NCBI GenBank assembly: GCA_963724295.1
Contig: CAVRUC010000008.1
Coordinates: 128,001 to 192,000, forward strand
Direction of reading: 5' to 3'
Source of the DNA: an uncultured Chloroflexia bacterium
Lineage (GTDB): Bacteria > Chloroflexota > Chloroflexia > Thermomicrobiales > UBA6265
Length of the DNA: 64,000 nucleotides
Shown: positions 30,555 to 39,699 of the stretch, piece by piece
How positions within the stretch are numbered: the first letter of the stretch is position 1
Layout of the letters: each line of letters begins with the position of its first letter
The notes under the pieces: model-generated
What the model was told of the DNA's origin: nothing
What the model saw: the letters and a program-made list of their open reading frames with translations, nothing else
Database searches by the model: none
Program-made: the position numbers and the translations under genes

Positions 30555-31388
30555 TCACTTGAGCCCACTGAGCGTGATCCCTTCTACGAGTTGTCGCTGG
30601 AAGACCAGAAAGAGGATCAAGATCGGGAAGGTCGCCATGTTGGCTGCGGCCAGCAGGAGCGCATTGTTGGAGAAGTACTGCCCTTGCAGGAGCGCGATGC
30701 CGACCGACAGGACCTGCATGTCCGTCTGGTTCGACACGATAAGCGCCCAGAGGAACTCGTTCCACGACCAGAGCGCAACCAGGAAGCCAAAGGCGGCCAG
30801 CGCAGGCCGCGCCAGGGGGAGGTAAATCTGCCAGTAGATCTGAAAGGGATTGGCCCCGTCGATGGTCGCGGCTTCCTGATAGTCGGCCGGGAGCGAGAGA
30901 AAGTATTGCCGGATGAGGAAGGTGCCAAAGGCGCTGACGAGAAGCGGGACGATTAACCCCTGGTAGGTATCGATCCAACCGAACTGCCGCATCAGGATGT
31001 AGCGGGGAATGATCAGCACCTGCTCCGGCACCATCATCGCGGCCAGCAGGAAGAGAAAGATCACATCCCGGCCTGGAAAGCGCAGCCGCGAGAAAGCGAA
31101 GGCGGCCATCGAGGCCAGGAAAACCTGGCCAATGACCCGCGCTATCGTCACGACGATGGTGTTCGCATAAAAGCGGGCGAACGGCACCAACTCCAGGACG
31201 TCGGTGTAGTTCTGCCAGTAGATCTCGCTGGGGATCAGGTTCGGCGTGACCTGGAAGAGGTCTTTCAGCGGCTTGAGCGAGGTGGAGATCGACCAGACGA
31301 AGGGCAGCAGGAAGATGATACCGATCGTCAGCAAGGCTCCATGCAGGAGGATGCGCGAGAGCGCGAAGCGGACGGTAAGACCGTTCAT
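30555..31388 (-). CDS. Carbohydrate ABC transporter permease
   Basis: EAATIDGA loop, WNEFLW, TM segments. Confidence 0.93.
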   Translation of the reverse strand: MNGLTVRFALSRILLHGALLTIGIIFLLPFVWSISTSLKPLKDLFQVTPNLIPSEIYWQNYTDVLELVPFARFYANTIVVTIARVIGQVFLASMAAFAFSRLRFPGRDVIFLFLLAAMMVPEQVLIIPRYILMRQFGWIDTYQGLIVPLLVSAFGTFLIRQYFLSLPADYQEAATIDGANPFQIYWQIYLPLARPALAAFGFLVALWSWNEFLWALIVSNQTDMQVLSVGIALLQGQYFSNNALLLAAANMATFPILILFLVFQRQLVEGITLSGLK

Positions 31389-32317
31389 CCGTAATGCACC
31401 CAGCGCCGTTGCAGCCGGAACTGCAGCAGCGTGAAGACGAGAATGATCAGCAGGAGAACCCAGGCTACGGTGGTGGCGTAACCCATGTTGAACTTCTGGA
31501 ACCCTTCCTCGTAGATGTAGTAGACGATGGTGGGAAAGCGATTGGTGCTGCTCCCAACACGAGTCATGACGTAGACCAGGTCAAACACCTGCAGCGAGCC
31601 GACGATGGCCACCACCATCAGGAAGAACGTCGTCGGCGTCAGCATCGGCAGGGTGATGTCACGAAACTGCCGCCAGCCGCCCGCGCCGTCGATCTGCGCG
31701 GCCTCGTAATACTCCCGCGGGATGCCCTGCAATCCGGCCAGGTAGATCACCATGTCGTAGCCGACGCCGCTCCAAAGGAGGACGATCACCACGGCGATGA
31801 GGGCCGTTTCGGGATGGTTCAGCCACTCGGGTTGGGGCAAACCGAAGCGTCCCAGGGCAATGTTGATCGGCCCGAAGCTGGGATCGAAGAGCCACTTCCA
31901 GATCGTGCCCACCGCCACCGGCATGGTGAGCACCGGCAGGAAGAAAATGGTGCGGTAGAACGCGCGGAAGCGGATCTGGGAGTTGAGGGCCAGGGCAATA
32001 GCCAGGGAAAGAATCAGGCGCAGGACGACGTTGGGAATGGTGAGCGCCGCCGTGTGGACCATCGCCGTCCGGAAATCGGGGTCATCGGGGAGCCGGGCGT
32101 AGTTGCTCAAGCCGACCCAGTTGGGCGCGGAAAGCACATCCCAATCGGTAAAGCTCAGCACTAGCGAGGCGATCAGGGCCAGCAGGAAGAAGAGGAAGAA
32201 GCCGAGCATCATCGGGGCGATCAGGAGATAACCCCAGAGGGCCTGACCCCGGGTGCGAGGACTCCACCGCGCCCGGCCGGCGGCATGCGCCGGGTTCGAG
32301 AGCTGTGCAATCGCCAT
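31385..32317 (-). CDS. Carbohydrate ABC transporter permease
   Basis: EAAQIDGA loop, TM segments. Confidence 0.93.
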   Translation of the reverse strand: MAIAQLSNPAHAAGRARWSPRTRGQALWGYLLIAPMMLGFFLFFLLALIASLVLSFTDWDVLSAPNWVGLSNYARLPDDPDFRTAMVHTAALTIPNVVLRLILSLAIALALNSQIRFRAFYRTIFFLPVLTMPVAVGTIWKWLFDPSFGPINIALGRFGLPQPEWLNHPETALIAVVIVLLWSGVGYDMVIYLAGLQGIPREYYEAAQIDGAGGWRQFRDITLPMLTPTTFFLMVVAIVGSLQVFDLVYVMTRVGSSTNRFPTIVYYIYEEGFQKFNMGYATTVAWVLLLIILVFTLLQFRLQRRWVHYG

Positions 32318-32509
32318 GATTCCCCCTCAAATACACGTTACGTGATGCGTGTGACGACCGCGGAGCGGCGGGCCGCCCACGTCATCCTGGCGACTTTGCG
32401 GGAGGGACCTCGGCTTGGTGTCGCCAGCGAACTCCATGCCGAGATATCGTGTGCAAAAATCCAGGATGACGCGCGGTGGACCGCCCACGGATGCGGCCGG
32501 CCGCTGCCG

Positions 32510-33856
32510 TTACCCGGCGCTGAGGGCTGCATTGGCGGCCTCGTTGGCGCGAACGCAAATCTCCTCGCGCGGGATGCCCCCGCTCCAGCCCTCGATGAGG
32601 ACTTCGATGACGTCGTCCCCCCATTCTGGGCCGGCCACCGGACTCGGCAGAGGGAAGGTGTAGTCGACCGCGTCGATGAAGATCTGCAGGTCCATGGAGG
32701 GAATCGAGGCCACCCAATCCTCCTGCTGACCCTCCATGGCCGGGATCACCGTGCCGGTCTGCCCGAGAATCAGTTCGGCCTCGGCGGAGGCCAGGAACTT
32801 GACCCACTCCATTGCCGCGCACTGGTTCTGGCTGCCGCTCCAGATCACATTGCCGATGCCGTGAATGGCGGAGGCGCGCGTCTTGCCCTGTGGTAGGGGC
32901 GCAACCGCGATGGCCGGGTTGGCCTGGCTGAAGGTCAGAGCGTTCCAGGAGCCGCCCGGAATCATGGCGATGACGCCTGCCGGGAAGAGGGATTCGTGCG
33001 GATCGTTGGTCTGCTGAGTTGCCACTGAAGGGGAGAGGCCATCAGCGATGAAGTCGCCCGCGAAGTGGATCGCCTCGCACGCGGCTTCCTCGGCGAGCAT
33101 CGCCTCCGTCTGCTCGGCGTTGAGGATTTCCCCCCCGTTCTGCTTGATCAGGTTGAAATAGCCTTCCTGGTCGCCGAGCGGGGAGGCATATCCCCACTGG
33201 CTGGCGGTGTCGCCATCCATGATGGTCAGCGCCTCAGCGGCAGTGCGCAGGTCGTCCCACGTCCAGTCGCCCGTTGGATACTCGACCCCCGCCGCGTCAA
33301 AAAGATCCTTGTTGTAATAGAGGCCGATGGTGTCGAAGTCCCGCGGGATGGCGTAGATCGTCTCTTCGAAGGTGTATGCGTCGATGAGCGCTTCTGGATA
33401 GGCAGACGGGTCAATACTGCCATCGTCGACGAGTGACTGAATCGGCACGATGATGCCCTGCGAGGCATAGATCGGCAGGTTCCGCGTGTTGAGCCAGAAG
33501 ACATCGTAGGCCGCGCCGCCGGCCGCCGAGGTCTGCAACTTCGTCCAGTAGTCGTCCCACGGCACCACCTGCGGCTCGACCGTGATGTTGGAATGCACCT
33601 CGTTGAACGCGGCAATCTGCGCCTCAACCGCCGGGAGTTGCGCGGCGTCCCAGGTGCCATAGCTGATGGTGATGTCCTCGCCACCGCAGACCGCATCCTG
33701 CGCCGCGCGAGTGCTCCTGGTGCTGGTCCGGCCGCCCAGGGCGGCGAGGCCGAGCCCAGTCGCACCCCTGGCGCCCGAGCGCAAGAGCGAGCGGCGAGTG
33801 ACGAACTTCTGCAACCTTGCGTAGGCTTCGCTGCCCATCCGTACGTCACGTGTCAT
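32510..33856 (-). CDS. Sugar ABC transporter substrate-binding protein (Tat signal)
   Basis: TRRSLLR leader, YYNKDLFDAAG, WTWDDL. Confidence 0.92.
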   Translation of the reverse strand: MTRDVRMGSEAYARLQKFVTRRSLLRSGARGATGLGLAALGGRTSTRSTRAAQDAVCGGEDITISYGTWDAAQLPAVEAQIAAFNEVHSNITVEPQVVPWDDYWTKLQTSAAGGAAYDVFWLNTRNLPIYASQGIIVPIQSLVDDGSIDPSAYPEALIDAYTFEETIYAIPRDFDTIGLYYNKDLFDAAGVEYPTGDWTWDDLRTAAEALTIMDGDTASQWGYASPLGDQEGYFNLIKQNGGEILNAEQTEAMLAEEAACEAIHFAGDFIADGLSPSVATQQTNDPHESLFPAGVIAMIPGGSWNALTFSQANPAIAVAPLPQGKTRASAIHGIGNVIWSGSQNQCAAMEWVKFLASAEAELILGQTGTVIPAMEGQQEDWVASIPSMDLQIFIDAVDYTFPLPSPVAGPEWGDDVIEVLIEGWSGGIPREEICVRANEAANAALSAG

Positions 33857-33953
33857 GCCTTTACCTCCGGTTACCGGCTCGCGGCGGATTTCGTTAAGGC
33901 ATTCCTGAAACGCTTGGGTCCTGCACCCCCTTTCAGTGAAAATCTGCTGCTTA

Positions 33954-34475
33954 CTAAGGGAGCCTGGGATGAACTAGGCGTGGCGAACAAGGCAGACTGG
34001 GCAGGTGAGCGACGAGAGCGTGATCGATGGCACCAGCGGATCGGCCAGCAGCGCCCGCAGGGCTAGAGCGCGGTCGCCAGTGACGGCGGCATCGAAGAGC
34101 CCGGGCCACCTCGAGCGTTGTGCTGCCGCTGCCCAGGAAGATCGTTTCGTCGTCGCTGGCCAACGCTGCCGCGGCCCGCGCGATCTGCTGTTTCGCCACC
34201 CCCTGATCCCTAGTGCGCTGCAAGATCGGCAGTTCGGGCGGCGCCTGGCGCACGTTGACCGCCCCGCCGTGCACGCGGCGGACATCGCCCGCCTCAGCTA
34301 GGATGAGGATGGCGCGCCGGGCAGTGGCTGGGCTGACGTTGAAATGCTCGGAAACCTCGGTAACCGTTACCCGGCCCTGCTGTTCGATGAACAGCCTGAT
34401 CCGTTCGGCTCTCGAATCACTAGAGCGCAGATGCAGCACTTCTGACCGCTTTTCGTGCATTGAACGAGCATTCAT
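33954..34475 (-). pseudogene. Truncated DeoR/GlpR regulator joined to a GH4 3'-end remnant
   Basis: DeoR HTH and IFLGSGSTT, broken at ~34096; another frame then reads DAAVTGDRALALRALLADPLVPS. Confidence 0.75.
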
Positions 34476-34671
34476 GGCCGTTTCTTGGCAAAAAGTGGTG
34501 GAATTTCTTGCATCCTACTGCACGAGCCGTGCATCGTTGATAAGAACGACGCAAGTTGGGTGCCAAGGGCTTAAGTTACGTTCATGTCGCTTTCGCGTGT
34601 GCCCCTCCCGGCAGCCAGGCGCGACTGGACACATCGCAGTTACACGTTTGGACTTGCCGGGAGTTGTCGGG

Positions 34672-34858
34672 CTGTCAGTCGCCGCCTGAGCTCCCCCAGC
34701 TCCGGCGCGGTCTTCAGCCGCACCGCCTTGGCATCGCTCAAGCCCCGAATCCGCGCCAGCTCCGCCACGTCCAGGCGGTAGATTCCGCGCAGCCCACTGT
34801 GGTCTGCCAGCAGCCGCAGCGAGACGGCGGTGACGGTTTCGTTCCCGACGCCGGTATA
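34672..34858 (-). pseudogene. radC: radC N-half fragment
   Basis: TGVGNETVTAVSLRLLADHSGLRGIYRLDVAELARIRGLSDAKAVRLKTAPELG, colinear with intact radC; not in the ORF track. Confidence 0.88.
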
Positions 34859-34982
34859 CGGAGCAGGTACAACCGCTCGTTCTGTGGTTCACAGCGGAGG
34901 ATGCGGCGCGGGAAGTCGCGGCCTGAACGGAGCGCAGTGGTCCGCATCCAGCGGTTCCCTGCCGCGTGGGGGAGCGTGGTGC

Positions 34983-35083
34983 GATAGCCCGGGAAGAGTC
35001 GCCTTATCTGGAACCGGAGTCAGACGCTGGCAAGCGGATACGCGGGAAGACTGGTTCCGATCATGGGCCAGCCTGTTGGACAC
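34983..35083. repeat. ~100-bp structured direct repeat, copy 1
   Basis: Shares ttatctggaaccggagtc, caagcg, gttccgat and ggccagcctgttg with 35905-36004. Confidence 0.8.
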
Positions 35084-35250
35084 GTCCCTCGCCTCCGATT
35101 CCGAGACCTTCGCGCGGCGGTGGCTCCCCGATTTGGCGTGGACATTGTGCGCACATCGCTATAGTGCGACGGACCTTGGCCGCGATGTCGTCACCGGCGC
35201 GTCTCTGTATTTAGTGGTCGTGCGCGGGACGCGGCGCACGAGGAGGCCGG

Positions 35251-35817
35251 GTGATGGACGAGGAGCTGGGCGAGGACGGATACCCTCCCGGGTGGCCCGC
35301 GCCACTGCAGGACCTGCGGCGGGTGGTGCCGATCGCGCAGACTGTCACCGTCGGCGGGATCGTGCTGATGGCCTTGTCGCTGGACGACTTCCCCGTCGGC
35401 TTCACCGTCCGGCTCCGGCTGCTGCTGGCGGACGGGCACCCCATGGTCGAAGAGCAGCGGCGTCAGGATGCGGAGGTCCAGCACCAGTGGGCGGAGGCGG
35501 CGCGCCGCGGGGTACTGGAGGCGGATGACGCTGAGGAGGAAGCGACATTCGTCGGAAGGTTCCTGCCCGTGCCCGAGTGGGAGCTGGAGGCCCGCGATGA
35601 CCGCGGGCAGCAGTACCGCGACTGGGGCGGGGAGTCGTCGTGGGGCTCGAGCCTGGAAGGGCGGGCGGAGCCGATCTTCACCCCAGCGCTCGATCCGGCC
35701 GCACGTGAGCTGCGGCTGGTGGTGCCGGAGGTGCCGTGGCGGACCGTCGCCGGTCGGGAGATGGGGGAGATCGTCGCGGTTGACCGGGGGCCCTGGACGT
35801 TCACGGTCGCGCTGTGA
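35251..35817 (+). CDS. Hypothetical protein
   Basis: AGGAGG RBS, strong GC3 bias, no recognisable motif. Confidence 0.75.
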   Translation: MMDEELGEDGYPPGWPAPLQDLRRVVPIAQTVTVGGIVLMALSLDDFPVGFTVRLRLLLADGHPMVEEQRRQDAEVQHQWAEAARRGVLEADDAEEEATFVGRFLPVPEWELEARDDRGQQYRDWGGESSWGSSLEGRAEPIFTPALDPAARELRLVVPEVPWRTVAGREMGEIVAVDRGPWTFTVAL

Positions 35818-35904
35818 GCCATGCCCAATGCGCCGACGCGGTCCGGGTTGCCGATCCGATCTCGCCACGTCACCGAAGAACGGGCAGAGGACAGAAATGG
35901 GTCC

Positions 35905-36004
35905 GATAACCCGGGAAGCGCCGCGTTATCTGGAACCGGAGTCCTACGCTCTCAAGCGAAAAAGCGGGGAGTTGTTCCGATAATAGGCCAGCCTGTTGAA
36001 ACAC
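35905..36004. repeat. ~100-bp structured direct repeat, copy 2
   Basis: See copy 1. Confidence 0.8.
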
Positions 36005-36041
36005 TCTCCGGGTGACGCGTTAGGAGCCTTCTGCGGCTGCT

Positions 36042-36158
36042 TCACGCTCCCAAATGGCGGTCGTGCCGGCGCCGGTGCTCATCGGTCCACAGACCCTTGG
36101 AGGAGGCGATCACCCCAGTAATCGCCTCATCGCTCAGGCGGTCCTTGACTCGTGGCAT
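36042..36158 (-). pseudogene. Possible cytochrome c 3'-end remnant
   Basis: MPRVKDRLSDEAITGVIASSKGLWTDE resembles the MPxFxxxLSDEEIxAVIAYIKSLW C-terminal helix; no CxxCH upstream. Confidence 0.45.
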
Positions 36159-36262
36159 GGTCAGTTCCGGAGTCGTTTGGTGTGTTTGGAGTGAGGGAAC
36201 CGCTTGGTGAGCAAGTGCGTCAGAGGAGGTGCGGGGCTCAGGCGATGAAAGGAGACGCAGAC

Positions 36263-37057
36263 ATGATCCATGGAATTGGGTGGACGCGGAAATGCGCGGT
36301 GCGCGGCGTGCGAACCGGAGCAGCATCGTTGGCCCTGGCAGGACTGTTGGCGATAGGAACCATTGGGAATCCCGGTATAGTCGGGGCGCAAGACATGGCG
36401 ACGCCAGAGCAGTCGATGCCAACTGGCGTTCCGACCGTGAGCGTCAGCGGGCACGGTGAGGTCCATGTCCCGCCCGACACGGCCGCCGTCTCCATTGGCA
36501 TTGACGTGATCCAACCCACCCTCGCCGAGGCTCAGGAGCAGGCGACGGCTCAGGCGACCGGGGTGATTGAGGCGCTGAAAGCGGCCGGGATCGCAGACGA
36601 GGATATTCAGACCGCGTACTTCAGTGTGAATATCCTGCGCGACTACTCGGAGAACGCCGACCCGACGCAGATCACCGGCTTTGAGATCGTGAACCAGCTC
36701 CAGCTGACCGTTCGCGATACGGACATGCTTGGTGAGTTGCTTGATGAGGCGGTCAGCGCTGGCGCGAACAACATCAATGGCGTCAGCTTCTACGTGGATG
36801 ACCAGACCGCGGCAGCGAGTGAAGCCCGGCGTCTCGCCGTCGAGGACGCCCGCACGAAAGCGGAGGAGTTGGCCGCGGCCGCGGGTCTGACGCTCGGGTC
36901 CGTCATCTCCATCGCCGAGGGCACAGTCTCGCCGATGCCGCCACCCATGTATGCCGCGCGTGAGGGCGACATGGCGATGGCTGAAGCGGCCGTGCCAGTG
37001 CAGCCCGGATCCTCGATCGTCTCGGTCGACGTGTCGATGACCTTCGCGCTCCGTTGA
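36263..37057 (+). CDS. SIMPL (DUF541) domain protein
   Basis: AAGGAG RBS; VSVSGHGEVHVPPD, AGANNINGVSF, AVEDARTKAEELA. Confidence 0.9.
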   Translation: MIHGIGWTRKCAVRGVRTGAASLALAGLLAIGTIGNPGIVGAQDMATPEQSMPTGVPTVSVSGHGEVHVPPDTAAVSIGIDVIQPTLAEAQEQATAQATGVIEALKAAGIADEDIQTAYFSVNILRDYSENADPTQITGFEIVNQLQLTVRDTDMLGELLDEAVSAGANNINGVSFYVDDQTAAASEARRLAVEDARTKAEELAAAAGLTLGSVISIAEGTVSPMPPPMYAAREGDMAMAEAAVPVQPGSSIVSVDVSMTFALR

Positions 37058-37129
37058 GGACGGGTCCTGAGGAGCACACCTCGCCACGACGTCCTTGAGC
37101 CATGCTTGTCGTCGACCGAAGCAGACGGT

Positions 37130-37242
37130 GTTGGCGAGGTGCGCTTGCCGCTCGCATGGCAGGCGATCCCGCTTCCAGAGCGCGGTAATCCCCTCAATAT
37201 CCGTGAAGAAAAAGTAACAGTGCCGCTGGGAAGATCGGGCAT
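37130..37242 (-). pseudogene. Adenylate-cyclase-STAND 5' remnant
   Basis: MPDLPSGTVTF then shifted FFTDIEGITALWKRDR, matching the start of 19552-22572. Confidence 0.85.
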
Positions 37243-37327
37243 GATCCGCTCCAGACGCTCGGCTCGACATGGTGCTTGCCGATGGTCGCACGGGAGCGCA
37301 GGATCCAAGGCGGTAGAAAATCGTGTC

Positions 37328-38059
37328 CTACGCCTTGGGAAAACCCAACCCCAGCCGCTTGAGCGAGAGCCAGCGGCCTTGACCGATGATGAGGTGGTCC
37401 AGCAGCTCTATGTCGAGCAGCTGTCCGGCCGCCACGATCTCGACGGTGAGGGCCACATCGGCCGCCGAGGGCGTCGGATCCCCCGAGGGGTGGTTATGAA
37501 CGGCGACGATGGCGGGAGCGTTTTGACGGACTGCATCACGAAATACTTCAGACACTCGCACTTGCGCCTGGTTGACGCTGCCGCGATAGACCGTCGCAGT
37601 TCGCACGATGCGGTGTTTGGTGTCGAGCAAGACGACCCGCAGTTCTTCTTGCTCTAGTGCCGCCATCTCGATTGCGAGCAAGTTGGCAATATCGTCCGGC
37701 GAACCGACTTGCGGACGCTCATCCGGAGAAAGCACGGCGAGACGCCTGCCCAATTCCAGTGCGGCCTTCAAGCGCACGGACTTGGCGTCGCCCACACCAC
37801 GTATTCTGGCCAACTCGATCAGGTCGAGACGAAACAGCCCGCGTAGCCCGCCGTACTGAGCCAGCAGCCGCTGCGAGAGATCGGTAACTGTTTCTCCCAA
37901 AGTGCCGGTGTTGAGGATAATGGCCAGCAGCTCACCATCGCTCAACGCCGCGGACCCGCGCAATTTCAGCTTCTCGCGCGGACGCTCGTCGGCGGCCATC
38001 TCGCGTAGCATCAGCCGGTAGCCAGGCGGTCTGGCGCCATCCTCGTGGCCGTCGCTCAC
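37328..38059 (-). CDS. radC: RadC/JAB-domain protein
   Basis: AAGGAG RBS, GTG 38059; [36 protein letters not shown]. Confidence 0.95.
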   Translation of the reverse strand: MSDGHEDGARPPGYRLMLREMAADERPREKLKLRGSAALSDGELLAIILNTGTLGETVTDLSQRLLAQYGGLRGLFRLDLIELARIRGVGDAKSVRLKAALELGRRLAVLSPDERPQVGSPDDIANLLAIEMAALEQEELRVVLLDTKHRIVRTATVYRGSVNQAQVRVSEVFRDAVRQNAPAIVAVHNHPSGDPTPSAADVALTVEIVAAGQLLDIELLDHLIIGQGRWLSLKRLGLGFPKA

Positions 38060-38096
38060 GGGATCTCCTTTACCCACGGTCGATTCGGCGCGGGTA

Positions 38097-38603
38097 TCAG
38101 CAGCGGAACTGGCAGACACCAGCGCCACCGGCCAGACCCGGCACGTACGGGCAGCAGACCAGACCGTAGAGACAGGGATTGACCGTACCGCCGGTGCAGG
38201 TGACCCCGACATTGGGCGGCTGCTCGCAGGCGCCGCGCGTTCCGCAATAGCCGGAGCAGCAGCCGGAGCAGCCATCACCCCAGTTGCAGTATCCGGGGCA
38301 TGCGGCGCCTCGGTCGGCGCAGCCTCCGTCGCACTGCGCGCGCGGGGTGCAGACGCCCGCTCCGCCGGGCGTGCCGGGACTGCTGGCGCAGCAGACCAGC
38401 CCGCTGCCACAGGCATGATGGGTGCCGGTGGCGCAGCCACAGCCTTCGTAGGTGCAGTGGTTCGCGGTTGCCGTTTGCCGGCGTGCGAAGACCCCAGCCG
38501 TTGCCGCGCCCGTTGCGGCTAGCCCGAGCCGCCGCAGGACGCCGCGCCGCGAGGTCGCTCTGGACAGTGTGCGTGTCAATGCATCGAACCGTCGGTCATC
38601 CAT
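38097..38603 (-). CDS. Cys-rich secreted protein with FDAL...SRR leader
   Basis: GGAGGG RBS; MDDRRFDALTRTLSRATSRRGVL; two GLVCCxxxPGxxGGAGVC repeats. Confidence 0.85.
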   Translation of the reverse strand: MDDRRFDALTRTLSRATSRRGVLRRLGLAATGAATAGVFARRQTATANHCTYEGCGCATGTHHACGSGLVCCASSPGTPGGAGVCTPRAQCDGGCADRGAACPGYCNWGDGCSGCCSGYCGTRGACEQPPNVGVTCTGGTVNPCLYGLVCCPYVPGLAGGAGVCQFRC

Positions 38604-38951
38604 GTCCGATCCCCTCCAACGTCGAATGCCGATGCCGCTCGCTCGAGATACGACAATCACACCCAGCCGAGGATGGGGCGGAGCACCCCGCGCCGAGCGA
38701 GAACCTGAGCCTGAACACGCGCGAACTCGCAGGCGCCCCGCTGGGAGTGATCTCATGGTGCTGCCACCGCAGTCTATCTGAATTTCGCGGACCGCGCGCC
38801 TCCTCCGACGCTCGCCTGTCTCCTGGCAGCGACCGCTGATGAGGCCGGTTGCTCCACGAAGTCGTCCGCCAACCCGCGAAGTGGTTCAGGCAGCCGGCAA
38901 CCACGATTCCTGGCGGGTAGACTCTCGCTCCTACCGAGGAGTCCTCACCGC

Positions 38952-39593
38952 ATGACCGACCCCGAGCTTGTGCCTGCCGACCTGATGACAGCCGCCAGGG
39001 TCTGCCAGGAGGTGCTGGCGCCCGCGCTCGATCGGGACTGGAGCGGTCCGGCGGGCGACCTGGAGTGGGATTGCCGGCGCACCCTCGACCACATCGTCGA
39101 TACCCTCTTCCTCTACGCCGCGTACCTGGCCAGTCGAGGGACCGAGCGACTCTCTCCACCGCGCAACGGCGACCCAACCGCTTCGCCCGCACAGCTCCTG
39201 ACGACCGTTGGCGCGGCCGCGGCTGTGTTCACCGAAGTGGCGCGGGCCGCCTCGCCAGGCACGCGGGCGTTTCACCCCGCCGGCATGGCCGATGTCTCCG
39301 GCTGGGTTGGCATGGGCTGTGTGGAGATCCTGGTGCACGCCGACGATATCGCACAGGGGCTGGGTCTGCCATACCGGCCGCCGCACGACCTCGCGGCGCG
39401 AATTCTGGCTCGCCTCTTTCCCTGGGCGCCGGCGGACGTCGACCCGTGGGACAGCCTGCGCTGGGCCGCCGGCCGGGTCGCGCTACCCGATCGCGAGCGG
39501 TTGGGACCTGACTGGTACTGGCACTGCCCGCCGCTCTCGGAATGGGACGGGGCGATCACCAAGCGCACCGCGCCGCCCGCGTGGCGGGAGTGA
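38952..39593 (+). CDS. DinB superfamily / maleylpyruvate isomerase N-terminal domain protein
   Basis: WDCRRTLDH and EILVHADDI metal-ligand motifs; GAGGAG RBS. Confidence 0.8.
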   Translation: MTDPELVPADLMTAARVCQEVLAPALDRDWSGPAGDLEWDCRRTLDHIVDTLFLYAAYLASRGTERLSPPRNGDPTASPAQLLTTVGAAAAVFTEVARAASPGTRAFHPAGMADVSGWVGMGCVEILVHADDIAQGLGLPYRPPHDLAARILARLFPWAPADVDPWDSLRWAAGRVALPDRERLGPDWYWHCPPLSEWDGAITKRTAPPAWRE

Positions 39594-39699
39594 CTCGCGC
39601 CGCGCCGCGATCCCGCCGCGTTACCCGACGCGGTACGATGCGGCCGTTGCCGAGCCGCGAGCAGCGAGTGCGGTACCGATCCGCGCCAAGGAGTTGCAG

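Noticed and set aside
38060..38440. Long N-terminal extension of RadC
   Set aside because: It overlaps the Cys-rich gene in another frame; a good RBS marks GTG 38059
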